Below are positions 25,601 through 38,900 of a DNA stretch of 64,000 nucleotides, in pieces. The stretch spans positions 47,223,847-47,287,846 of the forward strand of contig CP154954.1 in the NCBI GenBank assembly GCA_039621445.1, read 5' to 3'. The notes below the pieces were generated by a model, which saw only the letters and a list, made by a program, of their open reading frames with translations, made no database searches and was not told the DNA's origin. The stretch's first letter is position 1. Each line of letters begins with the position of its first letter. Position numbers and translations under genes: made by a program. The DNA comes from Euglena gracilis. Its lineage: Eukaryota.

Positions 25601-28600
25601 TGCACAAACATGACCCCCCCAAACTCTACTGATTGGGGGGGGTGCGCATGCTATTCATAAAGGCAATCCCAATCATAAGGCTGTGTGTCCAGCTGTTTCC
25701 TCTGCCACAGGTGATGTCCGCCATGAGTGCTATCAAGGCGGCTATTGGCTCTTTTCCATTGGTTCCCATTGAAAAGGTTCGTTTTGCTGTTGATGTCAGA
25801 TGCCACATGCAGTCATGGGGTGATGGGTTCTTATCTTTCCAACGTCATTTGTTTGTATTGAGAGCAGGGTGTCGCTTAAGCTGAAGGGCATCACATCCCC
25901 GGGGGGGGGGGGTCCAGCCAGCCAGCAGCTTTTTTTCCAGGCAGCGGCTTTTTTTCCTGCCCAGGAGCAGGGTTTTCTCAAGCCGGAGGGGACCCTGCCC
26001 CCGGTGGGGGGATCTAGCCAGGCATCACTTTTTTCCAGCCAGCAGCTCCCAGCCGTGCTGCAGACCCCTCCCGGGGGGGGGTCAGCTGAAATAAACTTGG
26101 GTCCAGCCCGGCTTTGCCGGGCTGGACCGAAACTTTTTTTCAGCGCAAAGTGTCAAAATTTTTGAAAAGTGGGGGCAAAAATGGCCAACCATGGCATTTT
26201 TGAATAGTTTTTGGTTTTCACCGCAAATTTTTGGCTGAAAAATGCCAGCCAGGCTGGATTCGGGCTTTTTTTTGGCCTGTTTTTGGCCGGGTCCAGCTGC
26301 CAGCCGACCGGCCGGCCCCCCCTGGACCCCCAGAGTATTGAGCGGTGGTTTTGCGAAGGGGGGTTGAGGGGGGGGGGCAGACTCCCTCCTCCTCCCCCTT
26401 CGTACCGAGGGGGTCTGGGACCTGGAAACCCAAAACAATTGATGAAAAATAAAAGGATTTGGTGTGTTTTGACCGATTTTTCATAAAAAAATGCGCGAAA
26501 ACGCATTTTTTGGGCATTTTAAGGCCCCAAAATTTTTTCAGGGCAAATTTTTTATCAGCCCTTTGCGCCGGAAATTTTTTGCACAGGGGGAGGGGGGTCC
26601 AGACCCCCCTGGTCATTTAATACCCTGTGGATCCCCATCCCCCCAGGGGGGGTCCAGCCAGCACTTTTTTCCAGCTGACCCGTGGGACCCTTCCTCCCCT
26701 GGGGTCCTTGAGAAAACCTCTGCCCCAGACCCGGTGCAAAATGGGCAAAAATGAACTCAGTTTGAGCTGTCAGGACAAGTATAAGGTCAAAAAAATTTGA
26801 TTTTTTTTGCATAATTGGCAGTTGTTGTGGCATTTTTTTGCAGTTTGGATTTTTTTTTGGGTGCCTGGTTCGACCCCGGGCCCAGTTCCAGCCGGGGGAC
26901 CCCTATGGGGGGAGTAGCCCAAACTTCCCAGCCTCTGAGCTGGACCCCCCCCCCAGGAGTTGGGGGCGCCTTGGAGGGACGCCCTAGCTGGGAGGTGCCA
27001 TTTTATATTTCCCCCTAAAGTGAAAAATGGCACCTCTCAACCTCGGGCGTTTTTTGAAGCTGCGTTCAGTTTTCAGAAGCCTCATCTGAAACTCAATCTT
27101 TTTAACCGTTTTTTTCTTGCTTCCCAGGCAGCTGGTGAGGACACCACCAACCGACAGAGGAAGGGAGCAGAGGCCACCGATGCCACTGGAGATGTCGCTA
27201 GGATGGTGTGCAAGTTCGACGAGTCATTTCTGTGCATAAATAAATTTAATCCCCAGTCCGATTAGTTTAATAACTTTAATTGGTTTATGCGTCTCTATGC
27301 ACGCTGCATGTACATTCAGGATGTGCAACAAGAGTGGCTGGTGTCTTCTCCTGGTCCCTGGCCTCTCCCGAACCTGATGACTGCTTATTGCTTTCACAGA
27401 CAAACACAACTATCAGCAAGGATGGCACGTATGTCACGACCGTCACAGAGTCTGCACCCATCGCCACAGACAGTGGAGAATTGCCATTGAGGTATGTTGC
27501 ATTACCTCGCTCCCACGTTGGTTTTTTTTCCAGGTGTTTCACATAATAGCCCCCCAAAATAAGGCCCGGGTCTTATTTTTGGTCGACCCTCCCCCCACCA
27601 GGGAATTTCTTAAGCCGGAGGGTACCCTACCCCCGGGGGGGGGTCCAGCCAGCCAGCAGCTCAAATCCAGCCAGCAGCCCAAATTCGGGCTGGGAGCCCC
27701 CCCCCCCGGGGGTCAAGTGAAATAAAGTCGGGTCCAGCCCGGCCGGAGGCCGGGCCAGCCGGCCGAAGGCCGGCCGGCCAATTGTGCTACCCAGCTCATC
27801 TGTCCCTTCATTTTTTCCCCTCATCGCAGCTTCCTCCATCACGGCCCCCCAGCCTTGACCTAGCTCCACCCATCAAAATGTCGAAAATGTGTTAGAAAAT
27901 TTTGTTTTTCGTCGACCCAGCCCAGCCCAGCCCCCTCCAGCCCCGGACCCCCCCTCCCCCCCACCCCCCGGGGGGGGGGGGGTCCAGCCAGCAGCTCAAA
28001 TCCAGCCAGCAGCCTTTTTGCCAGCCGGAGGCTGGACCCCCCGGGGGGTCCTTAAGAAATTCCCTGCCCCCCACCACCTCTTCCCGTTTTTCTGATGGCA
28101 CCAGTTTTGGACCCCAAATTTTTTTCTGGTGCCTTCGGCGCCGGGTGTATTTTGGACCCATTTTGGGACCCATTTGGGAGGTCCAAAACCCATGATTTTT
28201 TGATGGTTTTCCCATTTTCCCCCCCAAAAAAATCCCAAAAATTTCAGGTTGGAAAACTGGTAGTCTTTAGGAGGGGGGTGAAAAAAACAAAGATCAAAAA
28301 AAATTGGACCAAATTTTGGCACAACCAAATTTTACTGACATTTTTTTTTATCTTGGAAATTTTCTGGATTTTCAATGGCATTTTTTTTTGCTTCAAAAAC
28401 CTCTCAAAATCAAAATTTTGAGAAAATGTTGAATTTTTGGAAAGAGTGAAAAAATGGTGTATTTTTGGGTTCATTTTTCAAAAAAAATTTAAGAAAATTC
28501 GCCGGCCAAAATCCCCGTTTTCCCAAAATTGATGAAAATGCTGTGGTGGGTGGGGGGTGTCGACCCCCCCCCCCCACCTCCCGGGTGGGGGGGTTGACCA

Positions 28601-29876
28601 CCTGCCCCCACCAGGCCTTCCCGTTCTGCGCTGGCAGGGGGGGGGGTGTTATTTTTGGGGGGTCTTGTTTTTGGATTTTTTCTTGACCAACCCGGGCCCC
28701 AAAAAGCATCATTTCTCATGCCCAAGAACATTTACTTCGGCGCTCAAATTGGTGTAAGTTGATATTTACCATGTTTTTTGCACTTCAAAAACCCGAAAAA
28801 TTTTAAAATTTCATCATTTTTGTGTCTGAAATTCATCATTTTTGTGTTTTTTGGTAATTTTTTAGGGAAAATTTTCGCCGTCAGGGGGGGTCTTATTTTT
28901 GGCAGGGGTCTTATTTTTGGATCTTTTGGTTGAACGGCCGGGGGGGGGGCTTATTTTTTGGGGGGTGTTATTTTTGGTGGGTTTATGGCATCAAGTGGAG
29001 TCCCCCAGAGTCGAGCGTGGGGTACTGTGGGGGCAGGTGTGGGGGGAGTGTGGGGGTGTGGTGTGGGGGGGCAAGTGTGGGGGTGACAGTGCGGCGGAGT
29101 GTGGGGGGGCGGCGGCATTTTCCCATTTTTGCATTTTTTAAAGCTTTTGATTTTCTGTGAAAATGATATTTTCCTCATGTTTCTATATGATTTCTTCCAA
29201 TTTGGAGCCGGTTTTTTTGCCTTTTTTTAAGGTAAGTTCTTATGCCCTTCCTCTCGGATTGTGCATGCTTTTTGTGCATTTTGCCCCCAAGATGCATTTT
29301 TTTTTATTAAAGAGATGCGACTCTTATTCAATGCTGGGTGGGGGGAATTCACCTGCAATTTCCGTAATTTTCCGCAATTTTCCGCAATTTTCCGCAATTT
29401 CCCGCAATTTTCCCGCAGTTTCCGCAGTTTTCCCGCAATTTTTTTCCCTTTTCGCAATTCTTCTGCATGAACCTGAACAGAAGTTGAGATGAGTTTTGGC
29501 CAGTTCTCGAACATTTCACAAGGGCGTTTTTTTTGTTCCTTGTTACAAATTTCCAAAATTTTGTCAAATTTTACAAAATTTGACAAAATTTGGCAATTTC
29601 TGGGACTTTATTTAGGTTTTCCCTCATTCTGCTGGGAAATAATTTTGATTTAGAGAAATTCTGCATTGAACCAGATTTTTTCTTGAGACCAAAGTTTTCG
29701 GCGATTTTCCCCCCATATTTCCAGAATGAGTTCAGCATGGTGGCAAATTAGAAAAAGCAGTGCGGGGTGGTTTGTTTTTTTTTTTGTTTTTTTTTTTGTT
29801 TTTTTTTTTTTTTTTTTCCAGCCTGTTTTCAAAATTAGAAAAATCAGTTGTTGTTCTTTTTTTTTAGTTTTTTGGG

Positions 29877-29916
<40 letters not shown>

Positions 29917-32900
29917 GTTTTTTTTTTTTTTTTTTTTGGACCTTTTTTTGGAAACGTGAATACCAGCTCAAAGCTGCATTTGCAATATTTGCAACATCTA
30001 TGTTGCAAAATGACCAAATTTGTGAATATTTTCTAAGCCCCTCCAGCAGAAATGTGCACATTCTCCATATCAATTTTCCGCGATTTTCCACAATTTTCCC
30101 GTATTTTCCCACAATTTTTCCTAAGTCGTTCGATATCAATCCCCCCCTGCATATGCCTCAGAATTTCCGCTTTGTGAGCACTTCTGCACACATGCTGTCT
30201 TCGGCCAATTGCCACTAATTCATTCTTTGTGTTCCCGAGGAAAGGGGTGTTGTTATGCCCCCCCCCCCGACGAGGCTGAAGGCTGAAAAAATCAAAAAAA
30301 ATGGCATTTGAACACTTGGCCACATGTTGGAATTTGGCAATTTCAGTTGCAACAAAAGGGGCGTTGTCTCGAGCAAAAGTGTGAGGGGAGTGTGGGGTGA
30401 CAGCTGGGGGGGGGGGGGGGGGGGAAAGTGTGGGGTTACAATCTGGGGTGACAGTGGGGGGGGGGGCGGGAGTGTGGAGTGACAGTGTGGTGGGGTGCAG
30501 GGCAGAACGGGAATCGGCCAAACAGCCAGGGTGGTGAGAGGGGGGTCGACCCCCCCCTCCCCACCCCATTGGCAGCCGTCTGATACCATTCCTGATATTT
30601 TACGCCGCACAGACATGGCCAACCGTTTTTTGCCTCCGAATGACGACACAGGCTTGCATTCCATCAGGACGTTGTTGGCAACGGGGGACTTCTTCCTGGC
30701 CAGCGCCTTGTGCAACACACTGGTGAAGTTTGTGTTGCTGATGCAGGGGGACGAGCGGCAGCACGTCAAGACAGAATTGAAGGTGCGCCATTGCAGGGGG
30801 GGGAGGAAAGGCAAACGCGCTTTTTTTTGTGCTCTTTTTGCATTTTTTTTAATTTTGGCGAAATTCGCGTTTTGCGCTTTTTTTTGTGTTTTTTTTTGTG
30901 TTTTTTTTCCCCAGCATTTTCATTTTGGGAATTTTTCTTTGACTCTGAAAAATTCCTCGTTTTGCCCTGATTTCCCCGCAAGAGCAAAAATTTTGTCACT
31001 TTTTTTGCACTTTTTTTGGTCAAATGCTTATTTTTTATTTCTTTTGGAAATTTTTTTTGAAAAAAATAAAATATTTCCCCCGGCAGAGCTGAAAGTATTT
31101 CAAGTCCTCTCCAGCAGAAAGTGTCCTTCCCAGGGGAGCTCCTGAAGGATTTTGCTTGCACGCACGTTTTTTTTTTTAGGCATTTATTTGCATTTATTTG
31201 TTTTTTTTTGCGTCGTCTTTTTAATGGCCGATGTAGCCCCCCCCCCCCCCGGCCAGTGGTCCTGTGAGCGTCTGCAATGGGCTGACCTGGGTGTTGCACA
31301 GTCTACCACACCTCATTTTGGGTTCAGAAAATAGCAGTACTATTTCAAAGGATGGGAAATCCACTAGTTTGAGCTCCAATTTCGCTTGTGTGTGGCCGAC
31401 AGATGGATGCAATGGAGATCGTCAACGAGCTCCTGCGCCTTGGGTCCCATTCCAAGCCCCCGATCGACAACGACTCCCATGAGCGGATCGTCTTGTGTCT
31501 GGCGCTGCTGCAGAATGCCAACACCGTTCCGGCCAAGGTCGAGAATTTATGCTTGGACACCATTTGTGAGCGTTCTTGTCCAGACCATAGAATCATTTAG
31601 CACCTGTGTGGCCCCTCCCCCGGGGGCAGGGCAGAACGGGAATCGACCGAACATCCAGGGTGGTGGGTGGGGGGGGGTCGACCACCCCCCACCCCCTGCA
31701 TGGTGGGTGGGTGGGGGGGGGGTCGACCCCCCCACCACCTCTTCCCGTATTTCCGGGAGCACCAATTTTTGGGCCCGAAAAATTTTTTCCGGCGCCTTCG
31801 GCACCGGGTGTTTTTTTGACCCATTTTGGGACCCATATAGGGGGTCCCCCAAGAACCCCTGAAATGAACCTACTGAAATTGAATTGAAAGTCCAATAATT
31901 TTCAACGAGAAAAAAATATCAGTAAAATTCGACTGTGCCAAAATTTTGTCCACTTTTTTTGACGTTCTTTTTTTTCACCCCCCTCCTAAATATTACCAAT
32001 TTTTAACCCTGAAATTTTTGAGATTTTTTTTGTGAAAAAATGTCATTTTCCATCAAAAAATCATGTGTTTGGGGTTCATTTTTCAAAAAAAAATTCAAAA
32101 AATTTCCGGCCAATATCCCCATTTTCCTGAAATCGGTGTAAATGCTGTGTCGACCCACCCCACCTCCCGGGTGGGGGGGGGTCGACCCCCCCCCACCAGG
32201 CTTTCCCGTTCTGCCCTGCCCGGGGGGGGGGTGGGTGGGTGGTTGGGGCACCGGGACCAGGCTTCTGCTTAGTCGGGTGCCTACCCCACGGGGGTGGGGG
32301 AGGGTGCTAGGGGCAGGCACCCTATAGCACCCGATCCGACCCCCCCGGGGGGGGGGGTAGGGTTTTGGCGGGTGCCTGCCCATGGCAGGCACCCCCCCTC
32401 CGACCCCGGAAAAGGCCATTTTCAATGAAAAATTTCGGGGTCCCCCCCCCTGCTAGGGGCAGGCGCCCTATAGCACTCACCCCCCCTCCCCCCCGGTCAG
32501 TGAGCACAAGCCTGAACGGGACCCTCCGTGGGGGGGGGTGCACCATGAGTCAATGAGTCAGGTTTTTGCCCGGCCGAAGCCCAGGCCGGAAATATTCTTT
32601 CAGTGTTTTGGGCCAATGTTGGCTGGAGTTTGTGTGGGTGGGCGGGTGGTTGGCCCCCCGGGGCGGTCGTGGGTGGGTGGGGTTTCGAAAAAAGTGGGTG
32701 GGTGGTTTCAAAAAAAGTGGGTGGGTGGATTTGGGCCCAGGAAAAAGTTCCCCCCGGGGCAGGGGTTTTTTTTTAATCGTGGACCCCCGGGGGGGAGGGG
32801 GGGTTGGGTGGTTGGGTCCGGCCGACCCCCCCCCCCCCGGGGGGGTCCCCCGGAGGGGGGTGGGATATACTTTTCGGCGCCGAAAAAGTGCTATTTTTAG

Positions 32901-35900
32901 CACTTTTCGCGATTTTTCGGCTTTTTTTTGTGGGTCCCCCGGGACCCCCCCCCCCGGGGCCCCCCAGGGGGTGGGTGGGTGGGGTCCCCCCCGGTCTTAA
33001 AAAAACCCCTGCCCCGGGGGGTCACTAAGTAAATCTATGATCCAGACTCAAGGCCCTCAGCTGTGATGAACTCCAGCAATACTGCTTAATCAGGGACAGC
33101 TTTTTCTCCCTCCGTGTGCTGAAGGATGTAAAGTGTTGATTTCTTTTTTTCCTTCAAACCCAAAATGTTCAATGGCCCAAACTGTCAGTTCCAGGGCGGT
33201 CCATAAGGGACAGTATTTTTTTTTTTTAGTTAAGGACTGCCCCTTAAGGACCGCCCCCCCCCCCAGGGCAGTTTTGGACCCGAAAAAATTTTCCAGCGGC
33301 GCCGGGTGTTTTTTTTTGACCCATTTTGGGACCCACATGCAGGCACCCATAGCTAAAATGGCCTAAAATGCCTAAAATGGCCATAAATGGCCTAAATTGG
33401 CCTAAATTGGCCTAAAATGGGGAAATTTTGGGGCTTGACCATGGGTGCTTGCCAAGGTTGACTGCTTGTTTTTTTGAAACAAAAAAACCAGGTGTTTTTT
33501 TAAAAAATGTGTTTTTTTTTAAAAAAAAAGCATGCTTTTTTTAAAATTTTTTTTGAAAAAACCCACAACAAAAAAGCGTTATTTTTTGATGACCAAAAAT
33601 GACTTCAGAACTTTTTGCTCAAAAAATGGCCATTTCGCAAGGAAAACTCCTTCAAAACCCCATTTTTCACACCTTCCAAAAAATCAACATTTTCTCAAAA
33701 TGTTGATTTTGAGAGGTTTTGAAGCAAAAAAATGCTATTGAAAATCCAAAAAATTTGACAGAGAAAAAATGTCAGTACAATTTGACTGTGCCAAAATTTG
33801 GTCTACTTTTTTGGACCTTCGTTATTTTCCACCCCCTCCTAAAACTACCAAATTTAACCCTGAAATCTTTGAGATTTTTCTGTGAAAAAATGTGGGTTTC
33901 CATCAAAAAATCACCATTTTTTTCGGCTTCCAATTTTGTCGGTTCTAATTTTATCTAGCCCCAATTCCCCCCCCCGGTATTTTGGGTTCATTTTTCAAAA
34001 AATTTTAATTTTTTTTCAGCCCAAATCCCTCGTTTTCCCGAAATTGGTGAAAATGCTGCCCAAAATGTTGCCCAAAAACCCCCCAAACCCCATTTTTTTC
34101 ACACCTTCTAAAATTTCAACATTTCTCAAAGTTTTGATTTGAGAGATTTTGGAAGCAAAAAAATGCCACTGAAAATCCAAATTTCCAAGAAAAAAATGTC
34201 CGTAAAATTTGAATATTCCAAAATTTGGTCCCATTTTTTTTGACCTGCATTTTTTTTGACCACCCTCCTAAAAACGAACAATTTTCAACCCTAAAAACTT
34301 GGAGATTTTTTGGGAAAAAATGTGATTTTTTCATCAAAAAACCATGTATTTTGGGTTCATTTTTCAAAAAAATTTTCAAAAAAATTTTCGCTGGCCAAAA
34401 TCCCCTTTGCCTTATTTTTTGGTTGAAGTGTATGGGGACAGGACTTTTTTTTTGCTTAAGGACCGCCCTGGTCAGTTCCATCACCCCCCCCCCCCCTTCA
34501 GGGAAATCAAAGAATCTCCTGGGGTGGCAGGAGGAGCATTGGATTCTTGTGCACCGCGTTTGTTTTCTTTTAGCTTTGCAACCCCCTTTCCCTGTGGTGG
34601 GTTTGGGGGAAGAATTGTTGGTATTGTAGTTCAACTGTCACTGGTGTTGTGAGGTTACAAGGTTGGACGGTTTGGGAGAGTGCAACTGCTGCGCAGCACT
34701 TTTGAACTTCACTGAAAATCAGTCACCCAGGTGCAGGGATGTGTGGGAAGCCTGCGGTGCTGAGGTAGGTGTTAGGAGGAGGGTCCAGACCCCTATCTTG
34801 CATTTTACCGTATCGACACCTTATATTGGGTAAGGTGGTGGGTCCGGACCGCCCTCCAGATGTTGGAAGGGGGTGTTTGGACCCACCCCCACTGCCTTTG
34901 GCAGTTCCAAAAAATAGCGAAAAATTTTTCTTCCAGCACATACGCCAGAAAATGCAACAAAAAGGTCCCTTTCCTCATTTTCAAGCGTATTGCACATTTT
35001 TTGATGCTTTGGTGTTTTCCACATAAAAAATGAAAACAAGTTCAAAGAATATTTTTGTTCTTGGATATTTTTTGAAGAAGGATCAGAGATTTTTTTTCAA
35101 CATATTTTGCCTGGTATTGGGTCCTTGACCAAAACCAAACAATTCCCCTGCCCTTTACGGTTTCGAAGTAGGAGGGAGGGTCCGAACCCCCCAGGGCTTC
35201 CCATACATCCCTGCCCAAGTGTGAAGGAAAACAAAATTGTGTTTCTTGCAACTTTTTTTGTTGTTCGTTTCTTTTTTTTGCATTTTGTTTTCTTCTCCCT
35301 ATTGATTTTCTGTTCTGTTTCTTCTTTGGATAGTATCAACCCAGTAATTTGGTAAAAGGCGACCTTTGATTTTTGCCAGACGCCTGCTTCGGTTTGGAGT
35401 TGCTGCCAACCCTCCTGCTGCCCCATCAGGGCTTGAGAAGGGCAGGCATCAGGGTGCGGCCCTCCTGGCTCAGTCCCCAGAAACAATTTCGCACAAACAC
35501 GTTTATGCGCCATCTGTGCCTTTGTATTAGTTTTGTGTAGCCTTGTTTTTGGGCCCTCAATTTTGTGCGATCTTTCACCATACGCATACATCACCACACG
35601 CAAAGTCCATCATCAACGTCTTGCACATTCCCAAAATCAGATTCAAACCCAATGATCTCACGCCTGGAAGTTTTTTTTGCCTTGAATACCGCCTAAAAAA
35701 ATTGCCGTTTCAAAAAAAGGGTCATCAAAACAGGCAATATCATGGAGTGCGACTCCATGATATTTCCCCTTCCCACCACGGCTTCGCATCCCTGGCCGGA
35801 GCCAACTGCCAAAAGCGGAGCGGCCAAGGGGCCTCCCCCCCCCCCCCGCCCTAGGCGTTGGTGGAGGGCTCCGTCAAGGCGTTCGCGGACATGCTGCAGG

Positions 35901-38900
35901 AGACGGCCACCACGGTGGTGGACGCCGGCACCGCCGCCCCGGCCGCCGCCAGCGTGCCCGTCGACTCCACCATCAAGTTCTCCCAGTTCTCCAAGGGTGT
36001 GCCGGGGGAGGGGGGGGTCGACACGGGGCGGTGGGACGGTGCCGGCAATGGCACCGGCTGTACGGTGTTACTGCTCTGTACTGCACTGCACCCCCGCACG
36101 ACAATGACGAAGGGGTCCCGGTTCTGGGCATTTTGGGATTATTTTTTTTGGATTTCAATGCCATCCAAGGTCCAGCCATCCTGCACAAGGAGAAAACCAA
36201 ATTTGCACAATATTATAAATACCTTTTTTTCGGAAGGGCGCTTCCATTTGGAACACTTTGATTTTTGGAATTCCATTTAAATCATGTATTTCAGGGACAG
36301 GGGGCTCTGAATTTCATCTGGGGGGGATGGGGTTCGGGTGATGCACCAGCGCTTATTGCTGTTGTTTTTTTTCGCAGTTTCTATTTTATGAGGTTTTTTT
36401 CATTTTTTTCTTCCAGTGCTCCTCAAAGAAAAACATGACATATTGTCTCCGTCAAATATTTTTTATGCTTTTTGCAAAATGTTTTCAGTGAAGTTTTTTT
36501 TTTGAAAAGAAGTTACGCATATCCAAGTCCCCTCTCAAAAAAAAAGAGCCAAGGGACAGAATTTGTTAGGGGGAGTCCCAATCAGGGGGTTTTTTTTTTT
36601 TAAGGGGAGGGGGGAGGGGGGGGGGGGGGGGGGGGGGGTCTGGCCGAGCCCTCCTCCCCCCAGAGGGGGGTGGGATATTTTTCGGCACCGAAAGCGCCAA
36701 TTTTTTTAAAAAAGGTGCAATTTTTAGCATTTTTCACGATTTTTTGGCCTTTTCGGGGGAAAAGTGGGTTGGGTCCGCTGGTTTTCGGGGAAAAGTGGGT
36801 TGGCCAGAAATTAGTCCACCATGACGCGCACCTGACTTAGGTGAGGGGGGGGTTGTCCACTCACCCACCCCAACCCCCGCCGGGAACGAAGGGGGGGGGG
36901 GGCCGGAGCACACCACCCCCCACGGGCCGGAGAGCGGAGACCCGGGCTCACGGAGGGGGGGGGGGGGGGGGCGACCCGGCCGGCCACCCAGGCGAAAAAC
37001 CCGCAACCAAGACGGGGGGGTTTTCTATTTTTCTGTTTTATGTTTTTTTTTTTTTTTTTTTATTTGTTATTTAATCACAGTGGGGGGGTCTAAACCAACC
37101 CCGGAGGATTCCCCAAAAGTCAATTTTTTTCTTCCAGACCCCCAAAATGCCCAAAATGGCATTTTGAGTCTTTGCCCCTTCGAAATCAAAAAAGTGGCTG
37201 ACTGGTTTTCCAAAGTGGAGAGTGATCCGTACCGCTAAAGCATCACAGGGTCCACGCGTCCGTTCCATGTGGTCGGGGACCCAACTCCAACCAGCAACCC
37301 CACCTCTGGATTTGCTTTTGCCACCGCTGGCTTCCTTTCCCTGTGTGCTGCAGACAAACACAATCGACTGGAAGAGGAAGATGAGACGGAGGATCCGAGT
37401 GCCGCAATGCTTTCCAGGGCAAGCCCAGAAGCCCGGATCGGTATTGGGAAGGCATGCAGGGCCCCACAGGATTTGCTGCAATCCAGCTTCGTGTGCGGAT
37501 ATCGCTGAGCATGGCCCTGGCCTGGCGAGACGTTTCACAGCTCAGGGGCCCCTGGGGTCTATCTGGGGGCGGTCCTATATTTGGGAGGGGTAAATTTGGA
37601 GTTTGTTGCCCTCCTGCTGCAGGCTTCTGCTTAAGGGTTCACAGTACCCCCTGGGCTGCAGCTCGTCCAATTTTGGCTAGTGGAAATCCCAGTGGACCCC
37701 CCTTGGGGGGATCTGCTAGCACTAGTAGTAGCAGGACTATCTAGGTGGAAAAATTTTCTAGTGACCAGTGCGAAGTGCCGATTTTTTTTTGGACCCCCAA
37801 ACTGGCCAAAAAAAATCCCATTCTGGTCAGTTTTGGTTTTTTTGCAAACTAAATCAGCCAAAAAACCATCAAAAACCTGGTTTCCACCTCGGCTCAGCGC
37901 TGGAGGAATTTTTTTTCCTGTCGGGACCCCCCCAGGGGGTCTAGCAAGTCTATTTTTTTTCCAGTGTCTGGCAAAATGGCCACCCAGTGGACCCCATTAG
38001 CCTTGCGGCAGCAGCACAGACCAGCCTTGCTGGAGCAAAGGGAAAGAAGAGCGCCTTCATTTCCCGTCTGGACAGGTGTTCTGTTGCCTCCGTTCGCACG
38101 CCTGCCAGGCAAGGCAAGGCGCCGTGCTGCAACGATTCTGCATACGCCGGACTCTTGCCACTGCAAGTCAGTCCTGGCAGCACCCCCTCTGTGTGCCGGG
38201 CCGCAGGGTCATCCAGCTGACGGGCTTCTCCGACCCGGTGTATGCGGAGGCCATGGTCACCGTCAACCAGTTCGACATCTCCCTGGACATCCTCGTCGTC
38301 AACCAGTCCTCCCACCCAAGGCATTGCTCAAAGGATATGCAAAGAAGTTGGAAATGCAAGAAGTTGTGAAAAATTTATTTCTTGTTTCTCTTGCTCTTTT
38401 GGATACCTTGAATCGAGGGGGTGGGTCTGACTGTGAGGCTGAAGCGTGGTGCTCTACATCCAAGTGGAAAAGCACTCATGTTGCATGTGCTTTTCCGTGG
38501 ATTCGTTGTCAGTTTTGATAATTCTGGACTTCCGCATGTTGTCTGCACATCTACACCCACAACTTGCTGGACTGGCTGGAGGCGAAGCAAAGACGTACCC
38601 ACAAGGAAAATTTTGAGACCCCCCGGGCGGGGAGGGGGTCCAACCCCTTCAGCGAAAAAGGTGCTGGTGCCCCCACAAAAGATCCTTGGGCAGACTGTGC
38701 TGTAACTGTGCATTCTTTGGTAAAAAAAAAATAAGAATAGAAACACCGAGCGCATTTCTTCCAGTTTCCAGGTCGCTGTTTTTCTGGGGGTTGGACATTT
38801 CGACATAAAGGAATTTTTTTCTTCACGCAGTGGTATGATGGGGGAGGGGGTCACCCCCCCCCCCCCCCCAAAGCTTTCCCGACAGCTTTGGGGGTCCAGC

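Noticed and set aside
25860-34700. Many Pro/Gly/Lys/Phe-rich ORFs in the six-frame track
   Set aside because: Spurious frames through MITEs and homopolymer runs inside COPB1 introns.
37414-38208. Apparent GG-AG intron joining MLSR directly to VIQLTG
   Set aside because: An intervening exon (..SAFISRLDR, ending AG|GT at 38075) gives a canonical phase-2 junction.
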